Origin: Candidatus Multivoradales bacterium
Lineage (GTDB): Bacteria; Acidobacteriota; Thermoanaerobaculia; Multivoradales; JAHEKO01
Assembly (NCBI GenBank): GCA_965248055.1
Contig: CBDFIJ010000004.1
Location: 448,001-512,000, forward strand
Direction: 5' to 3'
DNA: 64,000 bases
Of this stretch, positions 36,218-45,033 are shown piece after piece. Made by a program: the position numbers and the translations under genes. The notes under the pieces are model-generated. The model did not search any database, had not been told where the DNA came from, and was given only the letters and a program-made list of their open reading frames with translations. Position 1 is the stretch's first letter. Every line of letters starts with the position of its first letter.

Positions 36218-38002
36218 ATGCGCAGAACATGGACTACCCTACTGACTGCCGGGCTATTCGTCATAGCTCCAGTCGTCGTGGCCAATCCAGCCGAGGCCCA
36301 GGCGCCCCTACAAGTCGGCACCATTGAATCGATCTCAATTCAATCGGAAAGCCTAGATCGATCTGGAGCCCGGCGAACCGCCGACGGCTGGACCTTAGAA
36401 ATCCACCATCCAGGGGCGACCTACGTCGCTCTTCATTTCTCGAAATTTGACCTTCCATCAGGTGAGCGCGTCACCATTTCAGATTCCCAGGGTGGGCAGT
36501 CATACGTCTTGTCTGGTAAGGGAAAAATGGAAGCGGGGACCTTCTGGTCTCAGCACATCAAAGGCGAGCGTGCGATGATCAACTTCACCACCCGTCGCGC
36601 ATTGGCTAACGGCTTCGAGATCGACAAATACGGAGCCGGGAATGTGAACATTGGCTTCACTCCCGAAGCAATTTGCGGTGCAGACGACAAGGACAACGCG
36701 GTTTGCTTCGAAAATTCCCATCCGGTTGAGTACGACAAGGGCCGTGCAGTTGCCCGGTTACTCATCAGCGGGTCAAGCCTGTGTACCGGCTGGCTTGCCT
36801 CAGCCGACAACCATCTAGTTACCAACGAGCACTGCATTACCACCGCAACCGCAGCGCTCAACACCGATTACGAATTCATGGCAGAAGCAGCCAACTGCGG
36901 TGACAGCAACTGCCAGCTTTGCCACGCCGGGACCGTATTCAGTGGGGCCACCTTTATTCAGGACAATGCAGCACTCGACTACGCATTGGTACAAATCAAT
37001 AGCGCCAATCCTGCAGCAACCTATGGTTATTTGGAGATCGATGACCGTGCGGCAACAATCGGCGAGCAGATCTATATCCCGCAGTACCCAGGAGGTCGCG
37101 CCAAGGAGCTGGGTATCGTCAGTAGTGATCCAGGTAACGTGAGCGGAGTCTGTGAAGTCGATGGATTCTCCGCCGGTTGTAGCAGCAGCGCCTACCAGGA
37201 CGTTGGCTATCAATGCGATACCGAAGGTGGATCCTCCGGTTCTCCGGTCTTGGCTAGCAGTTCACATAAGGTCATTGCCTTGCATCACTGCGCCAACTGC
37301 CCTAACCGGGGCGTTCCCATCACCCTGGTGTGCGACGAAATTTGCGACATCATCCAGCCAGCTTGTGCGGTAGACGCAGATTGCAATGACGGCAATAGCT
37401 GCACCGATGATATTTGCCTAGCCGGCTCTTGCACCAACGATCCGATTCCCAATTGTTGTGGTGACGGCACCTGTGATTTGGGTGAAGACTGCAATAGCTG
37501 TGCTGCGGATTGCGTCTCAGGAACTTCTTCGGGGGCCACTTGTGGCAACGGACTCTGTGAAGCAGCGGACGGTGAGAACTGCCTCACCTGCGCCACAGAC
37601 TGCAACGGCAAGCAAAATGGCAAACCCTCCAATCGTTTCTGCTGCGGCGACGGTGGTGGAGAAAACCCAGTCGGCTGTGGTGATTCCCGCTGCAACACCG
37701 GCGGCTTCAATTGCACCACCACTCCGGCTTCCGGGGGTGCATTCTGTTGCGGAGACAACCTTTGCGACAGTGGCGAAAGCTGCGCCAATTGTCGCCTAGA
37801 CTGCGACCAAGGTTTCGAGGCTTGCAGCAATGGTTCGGATGACGATTGCGACGGCCTGATCGACTGCAACGACCCAGACTGCACTAACGATGCTGCCTGT
37901 CAGGGTGGCACCGGCGGCCAAAAGGGTGACCCTTGCACCTCCAACGCTCAATGTGACTCCGGTAAGTGCCGTGGTCCAGCGGGCAACATGAGGTGTAAGT
38001 AG
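36218..38002 (+). CDS. Secreted trypsin-like serine protease with N-terminal prodomain and Cys-rich C-terminal repeats
   Basis: AAGGAGG RBS, signal peptide, catalytic TNEHC / LDYAL / GGSSGSP, CGDG.C...E.C..C..DC and DDDCDGLIDC.D.DC repeats. Confidence 0.9.
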   Translation: MRRTWTTLLTAGLFVIAPVVVANPAEAQAPLQVGTIESISIQSESLDRSGARRTADGWTLEIHHPGATYVALHFSKFDLPSGERVTISDSQGGQSYVLSGKGKMEAGTFWSQHIKGERAMINFTTRRALANGFEIDKYGAGNVNIGFTPEAICGADDKDNAVCFENSHPVEYDKGRAVARLLISGSSLCTGWLASADNHLVTNEHCITTATAALNTDYEFMAEAANCGDSNCQLCHAGTVFSGATFIQDNAALDYALVQINSANPAATYGYLEIDDRAATIGEQIYIPQYPGGRAKELGIVSSDPGNVSGVCEVDGFSAGCSSSAYQDVGYQCDTEGGSSGSPVLASSSHKVIALHHCANCPNRGVPITLVCDEICDIIQPACAVDADCNDGNSCTDDICLAGSCTNDPIPNCCGDGTCDLGEDCNSCAADCVSGTSSGATCGNGLCEAADGENCLTCATDCNGKQNGKPSNRFCCGDGGGENPVGCGDSRCNTGGFNCTTTPASGGAFCCGDNLCDSGESCANCRLDCDQGFEACSNGSDDDCDGLIDCNDPDCTNDAACQGGTGGQKGDPCTSNAQCDSGKCRGPAGNMRCK

Positions 38003-38025
38003 GCTGCACTTCTCAGCTCACGTCC

Positions 38026-38062
38026 AAGGCCGGTGGGGTTTCTCACCGGCCTTTCTCGTTTT
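38026..38062 (+). terminator. Rho-independent terminator
   Basis: AAGGCCGGTG...CACCGGCCTT followed by TCTCGTTTT. Confidence 0.8.
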
Positions 38063-38080
38063 GTGGAATCCGCGGGGGTT

Positions 38081-38215
38081 TACGGGCCGGTTGCACTACC
38101 GGCCCGTAGTGCATTCACTCAGGCACCCCGACCCAAGGGCAGCGAGTAGTCCTTCCCTGATAGTTCGCTTTGGGACCCTCTCTTGAAAAACCGTGAGTGG
38201 ACTAGGAAGGGTCGG
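38081..38215. ncRNA. Candidate structured RNA/DNA element of unknown class
   Basis: Multiple overlapping complementary segments (see findings); no known family recognised. Confidence 0.35.
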
Positions 38216-38225
38216 TATGAACGTG

Positions 38226-39305
38226 TCAGCCAGCCACAGCTTCGGCAATCAGAGAACCGAAACCCTCGGTGCTCATATCGCCACCAAGATCAGCCGTACA
38301 CCTGCGATCCCGTACCGCTTGGGACACCGCATCCTCCACCGCTTGTCCGGCCTGACGATGGCCTAAGTGGTCAAGCATCAACCCCACGGTGACGATTGCC
38401 GCGGCTGGGTTCGCCTTGCCAGTGCCCGCGTACTTGGGGGCCGATCCATGCACCGGTTCAAACATCGAAGTTTGTCCTGGGTGCAGATTGGCCGAAGCGG
38501 CGAGACCCAAGCCGCCCTGGAGCGCCGCTCCGAGGTCGGTGATGATGTCGCCAAACATATTGTTGGTGACGATCACCTCAAACTGCTCTGGCTTGCGCAC
38601 CATCTGCATCACCAGGGCATCGACGTACATGTGCGAGGCCTCGATCTGAGGATAGCGCTCCTGCATTTCAGCAAAACAACGTTGCCACAGGTCATGGCCG
38701 TAGCGCATGACGTTGGACTTGTCCGCCATCAGCACCTTGGAGTGACCGTGGCTGACCGCGTACTCAAAGGCGGCAATCAAGATGCGATCGACCCCTTTGC
38801 GAGTGTGGATTTCCTCCTGCACCGCCACTTCATCCAAATGACCCCGCTTGAATTGGCCGCCGATGCCAACGTACGCGCCCTCGGTGTTCTCCCGCAGAAT
38901 CACCATCTCGATGTCTTCCGGGGTCTTGTCCTTGAGCGGACACAGTCGTGGGTCGTAGACCCGAATCGGCCGCAGGTTGATGTAGAGATCGAGGCCAAAA
39001 CGAATGCCGAGCAAGATGTCGGCAGCGTGCTTCATGTCCGGCACTCGCGGATCGCCGAAAGCGCCGATGAAAACCGCAGCATACTCATCGCGGAACCGAT
39101 CCAACATCCCCTCAGGCAAGGTCTCGCCGGTATCTAGGTAGCGATCAGCGTCCCAGGGAAAGCTCTCGGTTTCAATCGGTAGGTCAAACCGCTGCACAGC
39201 AGCGTCGAGAACGCGCATCGCTTCGACGGTAACGTCTTTGCCAATTCCGTCTCCCGGAATGACCGCGATGCGCTGAAGGTTGCTTTCGTCTTGCTCCTGA
39301 GTCAT
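38226..39305 (-). CDS. leuB: Beta-decarboxylating dehydrogenase (3-isopropylmalate/isocitrate/tartrate family)
   Basis: IPGDGIG, NLRP, RENTEG.Y, DKSNV, NMFGDII.D, FEPVHGSAP; exact substrate uncertain. Confidence 0.8.
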   Translation of the reverse strand: MTQEQDESNLQRIAVIPGDGIGKDVTVEAMRVLDAAVQRFDLPIETESFPWDADRYLDTGETLPEGMLDRFRDEYAAVFIGAFGDPRVPDMKHAADILLGIRFGLDLYINLRPIRVYDPRLCPLKDKTPEDIEMVILRENTEGAYVGIGGQFKRGHLDEVAVQEEIHTRKGVDRILIAAFEYAVSHGHSKVLMADKSNVMRYGHDLWQRCFAEMQERYPQIEASHMYVDALVMQMVRKPEQFEVIVTNNMFGDIITDLGAALQGGLGLAASANLHPGQTSMFEPVHGSAPKYAGTGKANPAAAIVTVGLMLDHLGHRQAGQAVEDAVSQAVRDRRCTADLGGDMSTEGFGSLIAEAVAG

Positions 39306-39391
39306 TGAGCGATGGTAGCACGCGACCAGACGCTCAAAACACCGCCCAAACCGGCTCTACCGGCGGTCGCTATGGGGTAGCTATAGGGTAG

Positions 39392-40579
39392 TTAACCGCC
39401 AGCTACAAGCCGACAAAGATGCCCGGTAATAATCGCCAGATAGTTACCCATCGCGTAACCCAGCAGCGCCATCAAAATCGACGCAGGGACCAAGGTTTCC
39501 CGATGGTGAGCCGCAACAACCGGCGCCGAAGCGGCACCGCCAACATTTGCTGCTGAAGCGATCGCAGCACTGTGCACGTCGACTTTGAGAAAATAGGCAC
39601 CGGCCAGACAAAACATCCCGTGAACTACAATCCAGATCGCCGCTCCCAGCAGGAACCAGGGGGCTTCAGCAAGCCCTTCCAGCGACGCTGAGGCTCCCAT
39701 ACGAGCGACGAAAACGTACAACACCGCCATCGCCAGATTGTGCGACGAGGGAATGTTCTTGGCCGCAGTCAGCGAAAGCAAAATGCCCATAGTGGTGACC
39801 AGCAACACCACCCAAGTTGCGGTCGAGATCACCACTTCTCCACCGAGTGACACCAAGGGTAAGTGCGGAGCAAGGGCGATCGCCGCCCAAGTGCATCCGA
39901 GTGATAAGGCGAACAGAACTAGGAAGTTGTAAAAAGAGGCAGGGACCTCCTCTTTGACCTCAGCAGCCGCGGCCGCGTCCATGCGCGCCAAGCGACCCTC
40001 ATCGACCCCAGTCCAACGGTTGAAACGGGCGGCGAAATTCTTCGACATCAACAGCAGCGGCAACCAAACGATGTAGATCGCCGAGTCTGCCAAGACCGCC
40101 AATCCGAACTGATCCGGGGGCGTTTCCAACGCTGCCGCGGCCGCTGCCAAGTTTCCCGTCCCGCCAATCCAACTACCCGCCAGAGCACCAAAACCTCTCC
40201 AGGCCTCCGGAGAGAGATGGGAATGGACAACCCAGTAGCCGATCGGGGCGCCGAGCACGATCCCAGCAGTACCCAACAACATCACCCCGACTCCACGCCC
40301 CATCACCCGCAACGCCGCCTGCACGTCCACCGACAGCAACAGCAACACGATGATCATCGGCAAACCAATCTGCCGCAAACTGTCATAAGCCGGAGAAGAC
40401 CCGGGAAGAACCCCGACATTGCGCAACACCAGCGGAATCGCATAAGTCCAGATAAGCGGAATCAGATACTTAAAAAGACGCCAGCCAGTAACCCGCTCCA
40501 GCCAAAAGAAAAAGGCAGGAACCCCGGCTAGCACTGCGAGCACACCGGCGGTTGATTGGATCATTGAGGATTCAGTCAT
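39392..40579 (-). CDS. DUF819 family membrane protein
   Basis: ~11 TM helices, GSWIGGTGN, SAANVGGAASAP. Confidence 0.85.
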   Translation of the reverse strand: MTESSMIQSTAGVLAVLAGVPAFFFWLERVTGWRLFKYLIPLIWTYAIPLVLRNVGVLPGSSPAYDSLRQIGLPMIIVLLLLSVDVQAALRVMGRGVGVMLLGTAGIVLGAPIGYWVVHSHLSPEAWRGFGALAGSWIGGTGNLAAAAAALETPPDQFGLAVLADSAIYIVWLPLLLMSKNFAARFNRWTGVDEGRLARMDAAAAAEVKEEVPASFYNFLVLFALSLGCTWAAIALAPHLPLVSLGGEVVISTATWVVLLVTTMGILLSLTAAKNIPSSHNLAMAVLYVFVARMGASASLEGLAEAPWFLLGAAIWIVVHGMFCLAGAYFLKVDVHSAAIASAANVGGAASAPVVAAHHRETLVPASILMALLGYAMGNYLAIITGHLCRLVAGG

Positions 40580-40621
40580 GGCCGGAACCTATCAAATGAG
40601 TACGCGCAGACGAGCCACAGC

Positions 40622-41344
40622 CTAGCTGGCTGGGACCAAGGGCTCGGCTTGTCGCTCACCGACCAATTCAAATTCGAACGGCAATCGTTCACACAGGAAG
40701 GCGCTGTGGACGGTCAAACCAAACGAGGCGCTACCGAGGACACTTTCGATCAGTTCGGAGTCCAGTACGTCGACGGCAACCGGAACGGCTTCAGCGTCAG
40801 GTTGTACTGCACTGATCTGTTGCAGTCCCTCTGCAGTCACCATATAGCCGAGTGCCCTCTTGCGAAAGAAACTGACTGTTTGATGCCAATTACCCAGCCC
40901 GCCGGAGGAGCGGCAACCCAATTTGGTGCGAACAACCAGTTCGGCCCCGGAGCGAATTCGCCATTCGCCTTGCGCTTCCGGCAGGACCGGAGACGCAGGG
41001 AACTCCAATTTGGCCGCTTCTGCGGGGATGCTCGCCACCCAGCGCATCGCCGGGCGCAGCCAAGTCGGGACCCAAATCGCCCGGAACAAGACCGCCGGAT
41101 TGCCGTTTTCATCGCGAACATAGAGACGCAGATTGGCCTGGGTGTGAGATACCGGAAACCAGGGCATCGAAACCGCCCGCAAGCCCCGCTGACGAAACAG
41201 CAGCGCCGAAGCAAAGTGATGCGACCGACTGTCGATGTTGACGACGTCCAAAGTCAGCCCTTCAGGAAGGCTCTCTTCGGTCTCAGCGGTAGGAATCGCC
41301 CAGTTGACATACAAGCAGTCGTGAACAACGGAACTGAGCTTCAT
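40622..41344 (-). CDS. DUF2071 (YqjF-like) family protein
   Basis: LYVNWAIP...LPEGL.LD, QANLRLYV. Confidence 0.7.
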   Translation of the reverse strand: MKLSSVVHDCLYVNWAIPTAETEESLPEGLTLDVVNIDSRSHHFASALLFRQRGLRAVSMPWFPVSHTQANLRLYVRDENGNPAVLFRAIWVPTWLRPAMRWVASIPAEAAKLEFPASPVLPEAQGEWRIRSGAELVVRTKLGCRSSGGLGNWHQTVSFFRKRALGYMVTAEGLQQISAVQPDAEAVPVAVDVLDSELIESVLGSASFGLTVHSAFLCERLPFEFELVGERQAEPLVPAS

Positions 41345-41364
41345 AGCGAAATGGTAATCGCCGA

Positions 41365-42405
41365 CTAGGGAGATCCTGAGTCAGCCGCCAACCCCTGTGG
41401 TGAGACCCGCCAGCTAGCCTGGTGATCAAAATCCGCCAGTAGGCGCTGCTTCAAGGTCGTTTCGGCGAAGCTATTAACAAAAGCGTTGCGCGCGATGCGA
41501 ACCAGATCAGATTCTGAGTAACCGAACTCGCTTTGCAACACCTCAAACTCGCCCAGAAGAGTGGTATTGAAAAGTGGTGGATCGTCCGAGTTCACCGTCA
41601 CCGGAACACCAGCTTGATCCAGCCGAGCGAATGGGTGGGAAGAAAAGTCCTCGACCGCGTGCAATTGAACATTAGAGCTTGGACAAACCTCCAAGACCAC
41701 ACCGCTGCTGGCCAAATCGCTGACCAAGGTCGGTGAGTCAATGGCTCGAATTCCGTGCCCAATGCGCTCGGCGTGAGCGTACTCAAGAGCTGCCTCAATC
41801 GATTCAGGACCAGCGTGTTCTCCGGCGTGCGCGGTACGGGCAAGACCTCGACGCTCGGCTTCCAAAAAGTGATCGGCAAAGGGTTTGGTCGGGTGATCTT
41901 CAAAGCCAGAAAGGCCGAGTGCGGCAACCACCCCTTGATCTCGCCCTTTCAGCGCCCACTCCAGGGTCGCATCGGCCATCTCGGGAACGTTGCGCACGAC
42001 ATCGAAGATAAACCTCAGTTCAAGCCCCTGTTGCCGCGCGAATTCAACTCCCTGGCCCAGTGCCTCCATCACTGCCGAAGGATCGCGTCCATTCAGGATA
42101 TGGGTACCAATGGTGAAGTGTGCTTCGCTGTAGACAATGCCCTGCCGTATTTGCTCGCGAGCAAAGTCGCGCGTGATGAGTAAGAAGTCCTCGGGATCCC
42201 GTAGACACCGGGAGCAGGTTAAGTAGATCTCGACGAAGTGCTCAAAGTCGCGAAAATGAAACCAATCGCGTAGACCCTCGATATCAGAGGCCGGAAGCTC
42301 AATCTGATGTCGTTGAGCCAGTTGCAACAGAGTTTGAGGCGAGATCGCCCCTTCCAGGTGAACATGCAGTTCAGCCTTTGGCAAGCCAGCCAGGAGATCG
42401 GACAA
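41365..42405 (-). CDS. add: Adenosine deaminase
   Basis: LPKAELHVHLEG, HAGE, RIGHG, EVCPSSN, NSDDP. Confidence 0.92.
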   Translation of the reverse strand: MSDLLAGLPKAELHVHLEGAISPQTLLQLAQRHQIELPASDIEGLRDWFHFRDFEHFVEIYLTCSRCLRDPEDFLLITRDFAREQIRQGIVYSEAHFTIGTHILNGRDPSAVMEALGQGVEFARQQGLELRFIFDVVRNVPEMADATLEWALKGRDQGVVAALGLSGFEDHPTKPFADHFLEAERRGLARTAHAGEHAGPESIEAALEYAHAERIGHGIRAIDSPTLVSDLASSGVVLEVCPSSNVQLHAVEDFSSHPFARLDQAGVPVTVNSDDPPLFNTTLLGEFEVLQSEFGYSESDLVRIARNAFVNSFAETTLKQRLLADFDHQASWRVSPQGLAADSGSP

Positions 42406-42408
42406 AAT

Positions 42409-42894
42409 CTAATTTCCCTTACTCGCCAATTCGTCGAGCACGTAATCGGGAACCAGTCCATCCATCTTGCCACCCAGGAAATAAACCTCCTTGACCAACC
42501 GACTCGAAAGGTAGCTGAACTCTTCGCTCGGGGTCATGAAGAAGGTCTCGATCTCTCGATTCAAACGGCGGTTCATCAGGGCCATTTGTAGCTCGTACTC
42601 AAAATCGGTAATCGCTCGTAAACCTCGAATCACGATTTGCGCCTTCTTCTTCGAGACAAAATCGACCAGGAGGCCGGAAAACGACTCGGCACGGCAGCCC
42701 GGTAAGTCGTCCGTCAGTCGTTGCAACATGGCCACCCTCTCGGCGACCGAAAACAGAGCCTTCTTTTCTTGGTTCTCCAGCACGCCGATAATCAGCTCAT
42801 CAAACAGCGGAGCTGCGCGGTGGATCAAATCCAAATGTCCGTTGTGTACCGGGTCGAAGGAACCCGGGTACACGGCGATGCGTTTTTCACTCAT
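42409..42894 (-). CDS. coaD: Phosphopantetheine adenylyltransferase
   Basis: YPGSFDPVHNGH, RGLRAITDFEYE, LSSRLVKE. Confidence 0.97.
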   Translation of the reverse strand: MSEKRIAVYPGSFDPVHNGHLDLIHRAAPLFDELIIGVLENQEKKALFSVAERVAMLQRLTDDLPGCRAESFSGLLVDFVSKKKAQIVIRGLRAITDFEYELQMALMNRRLNREIETFFMTPSEEFSYLSSRLVKEVYFLGGKMDGLVPDYVLDELASKGN

Positions 42895-42924
42895 GATTCA
42901 GCTTTATTGCGTGCTCCGAATGGA

Positions 42925-45033
42925 TCAACCAACCGGTAGAGAAAGTACCACTCGATTGAAAGACCAGTCGGTCAAGCGGATGATGACAAATTCTGCGCTT
43001 TCCCCCAAGTCTACGATCAACTGCTCGCTGCGTTCGTCCACCGCGCCGTCGGCAACTTTGGCTGCCTCCCAGGCTTCCCCGTCGCGACTAATTTCGATAC
43101 TACGCAACGCGCTACTGGCGTCTTTGATCTCGACCTCAAGTTGGCCTTCTCGCCGAGAAATCTCACCAAGCTCCGGTGGCGTCTGATCCAAGATCACCAG
43201 CGGGCTAATGCGACTGCGCTCCAGCTTCTCCTCGGAGGAGTTGCTGGCACTGTCGTCCGCGGTCACCCGGAAGCGGTAGGGGCCGTCGGGCAACACCGTC
43301 GCGTCGATGGTCAAGAACGTCGCGTCGAGATCTTCAGCCATGATCATCCAGTCGCCCGCTTCCGGTTGTATCTCGACCCGGTACGCCAACGGGTCTTTGT
43401 TGTCATCCTCGGCCTTCCAGCGCAGAGTACGGGCACCTGCCTTCCACAACTTCTTGGTCCGTTGTCCGTCTTTTTCGGTCACCGGCTGCAAGGTGGTGAA
43501 TATCCCGTCCTGGGTCGGCCGGGTCGGTTCAAACACCTGCTGTCCAGGATTGAACGATGCATCAACCAAGACCTCACCAGCCGCCAAGACCTCCAGCTCG
43601 GTAATCCGGGGCGCAACGTTGGCTTGTCGATATGCCAGTTCAACGCGATGGACCTTAGCGTTGTCGTGCAAGCGGGCGCGCCATTGGAGAAACCGCCCAG
43701 CATCCATTTCGGTGAAATCAACCGAGTTACCCATGCGCCATGCACTCCAACTTGGCCAGCCATCGTCCGGGGTGCCGGTCTGGCCGCTGCGCACCGAAAA
43801 CTCCACCTCTCCTTCGCCGGACCAAGTCAGCGCTCCGACCCGACTGTTGAGTTCGGCGTCGAAAACAGCACTCTCAAAAGTTCCCTGCTGTGCGCGCCGA
43901 TCGCCTACCGTCATCACCGCACCACCATTGCTGGAAACGATCGCCAAGTGGTCCGCAGCCGGGATCAGAGATACCGCCTGCTTGTCCTCAAGATCGTGCT
44001 CCAGAAATCGAGCTCCAGATTCATCGATGCGATAGACCTTGCCGTCTTGACCGGTGGCGACCCAGAGCTGGCCAGAAAAAACCGCCAAGTCGTAGGCAGT
44101 CTCGCCACCCCAAGCATCGAATTTCTCGACCACGCCCCCGGCGCAGGCGAAACGTACAATCGCGGTCTGTGCCGCCGAGCCATTGCCGTTGGCCGCCACT
44201 GCGGATACCGTCACAGTGGCCTCCTCTGAAGAAGAGGTGGCGTCAACCGTTTGCTTGGCCGCAGCAACCCAACTGGCTTGGGAACTCACGGTTGCGGCAT
44301 AGCAAGTGCCAGATCCGTCTGAGGTTAGAGCCGTTACTTCGGGAGCGTCGCTAACGTACAAAACCTGCGCCCGACCCTCGACAATCCGCACCACCTTGCC
44401 AGCGCCTTCGGTGCCCGCCAACAGGCTGCCGTCCGCCAACGAATGGAGCGAACGGACGTGGGTGTCGATCTCACCAACTAGGTCTTCAACCAAGCCGTCC
44501 TTGTGCACCTTGAGCACCCTTCCCTGAGCGCCGGTAGCGACATAAACACCATCCTCGAATGGTTCCAGAGCCCAGACATAGAGATCGTCAGTCTCATGCA
44601 CTGCGTAGCTGACCCACTCCGGGTCTTGCCACCGATAGAGGTGTCCCGAGGGAGATCCCGCGGCCCAAATGGTTCCATCCTTGGCTACTGCCACCGCAAA
44701 GACGTGCTCTTCGGCAAGCGCGGGCAGCGCCTGGGTATCGCCGTCTTTGTCCACCACCACAACCACCCCTTCCGACCCAGTTCCCAGAACCCAACCGTTC
44801 TCAGTCTTAGCAGCGGAGTAGACGTAGGGTTGTTCAACCGCAGCCACCGCGGTCAGTTCCGAGCCCAGGGTCAGTTCATCCCACTCCCCAACCGACACCG
44901 CGTTGGCAGTGCCCTGGGCAAAGGCCGCCTTGGAATCGGTGCGAAAAAAACGAACTTCAGCGGCCGACGAAACGGTCGGCTCCAAGGCGAACAAAATCAG
45001 CACGGCAACCCACCGCGTAGCACTCCAAGTCAT
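42925..45033 (-). CDS. Secreted beta-propeller plus Ig/FN3-like protein
   Basis: Signal peptide, repeated (V/Y)(L/A)(G/A)TG..G.V blades, C-terminal LRWKAED / LPDGPYRFRVTA. Confidence 0.75.
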   Translation of the reverse strand: MTWSATRWVAVLILFALEPTVSSAAEVRFFRTDSKAAFAQGTANAVSVGEWDELTLGSELTAVAAVEQPYVYSAAKTENGWVLGTGSEGVVVVVDKDGDTQALPALAEEHVFAVAVAKDGTIWAAGSPSGHLYRWQDPEWVSYAVHETDDLYVWALEPFEDGVYVATGAQGRVLKVHKDGLVEDLVGEIDTHVRSLHSLADGSLLAGTEGAGKVVRIVEGRAQVLYVSDAPEVTALTSDGSGTCYAATVSSQASWVAAAKQTVDATSSSEEATVTVSAVAANGNGSAAQTAIVRFACAGGVVEKFDAWGGETAYDLAVFSGQLWVATGQDGKVYRIDESGARFLEHDLEDKQAVSLIPAADHLAIVSSNGGAVMTVGDRRAQQGTFESAVFDAELNSRVGALTWSGEGEVEFSVRSGQTGTPDDGWPSWSAWRMGNSVDFTEMDAGRFLQWRARLHDNAKVHRVELAYRQANVAPRITELEVLAAGEVLVDASFNPGQQVFEPTRPTQDGIFTTLQPVTEKDGQRTKKLWKAGARTLRWKAEDDNKDPLAYRVEIQPEAGDWMIMAEDLDATFLTIDATVLPDGPYRFRVTADDSASNSSEEKLERSRISPLVILDQTPPELGEISRREGQLEVEIKDASSALRSIEISRDGEAWEAAKVADGAVDERSEQLIVDLGESAEFVIIRLTDWSFNRVVLSLPVG

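Noticed and set aside
38081-38215. Assignment to 6S RNA, TPP, SAM-I or glycine riboswitch, or hammerhead/HDV/twister ribozyme
   Set aside because: Only isolated short similarities (GGGGTGCC, TCAAGAGAG, GGTCCCAA); core motifs and their order do not fit.
43141-44229. 362-aa + strand ORF, and similar long antisense ORFs such as 38367-39137 and 40649-41368
   Set aside because: Fully antisense to well-supported genes; expected in GC-rich DNA.
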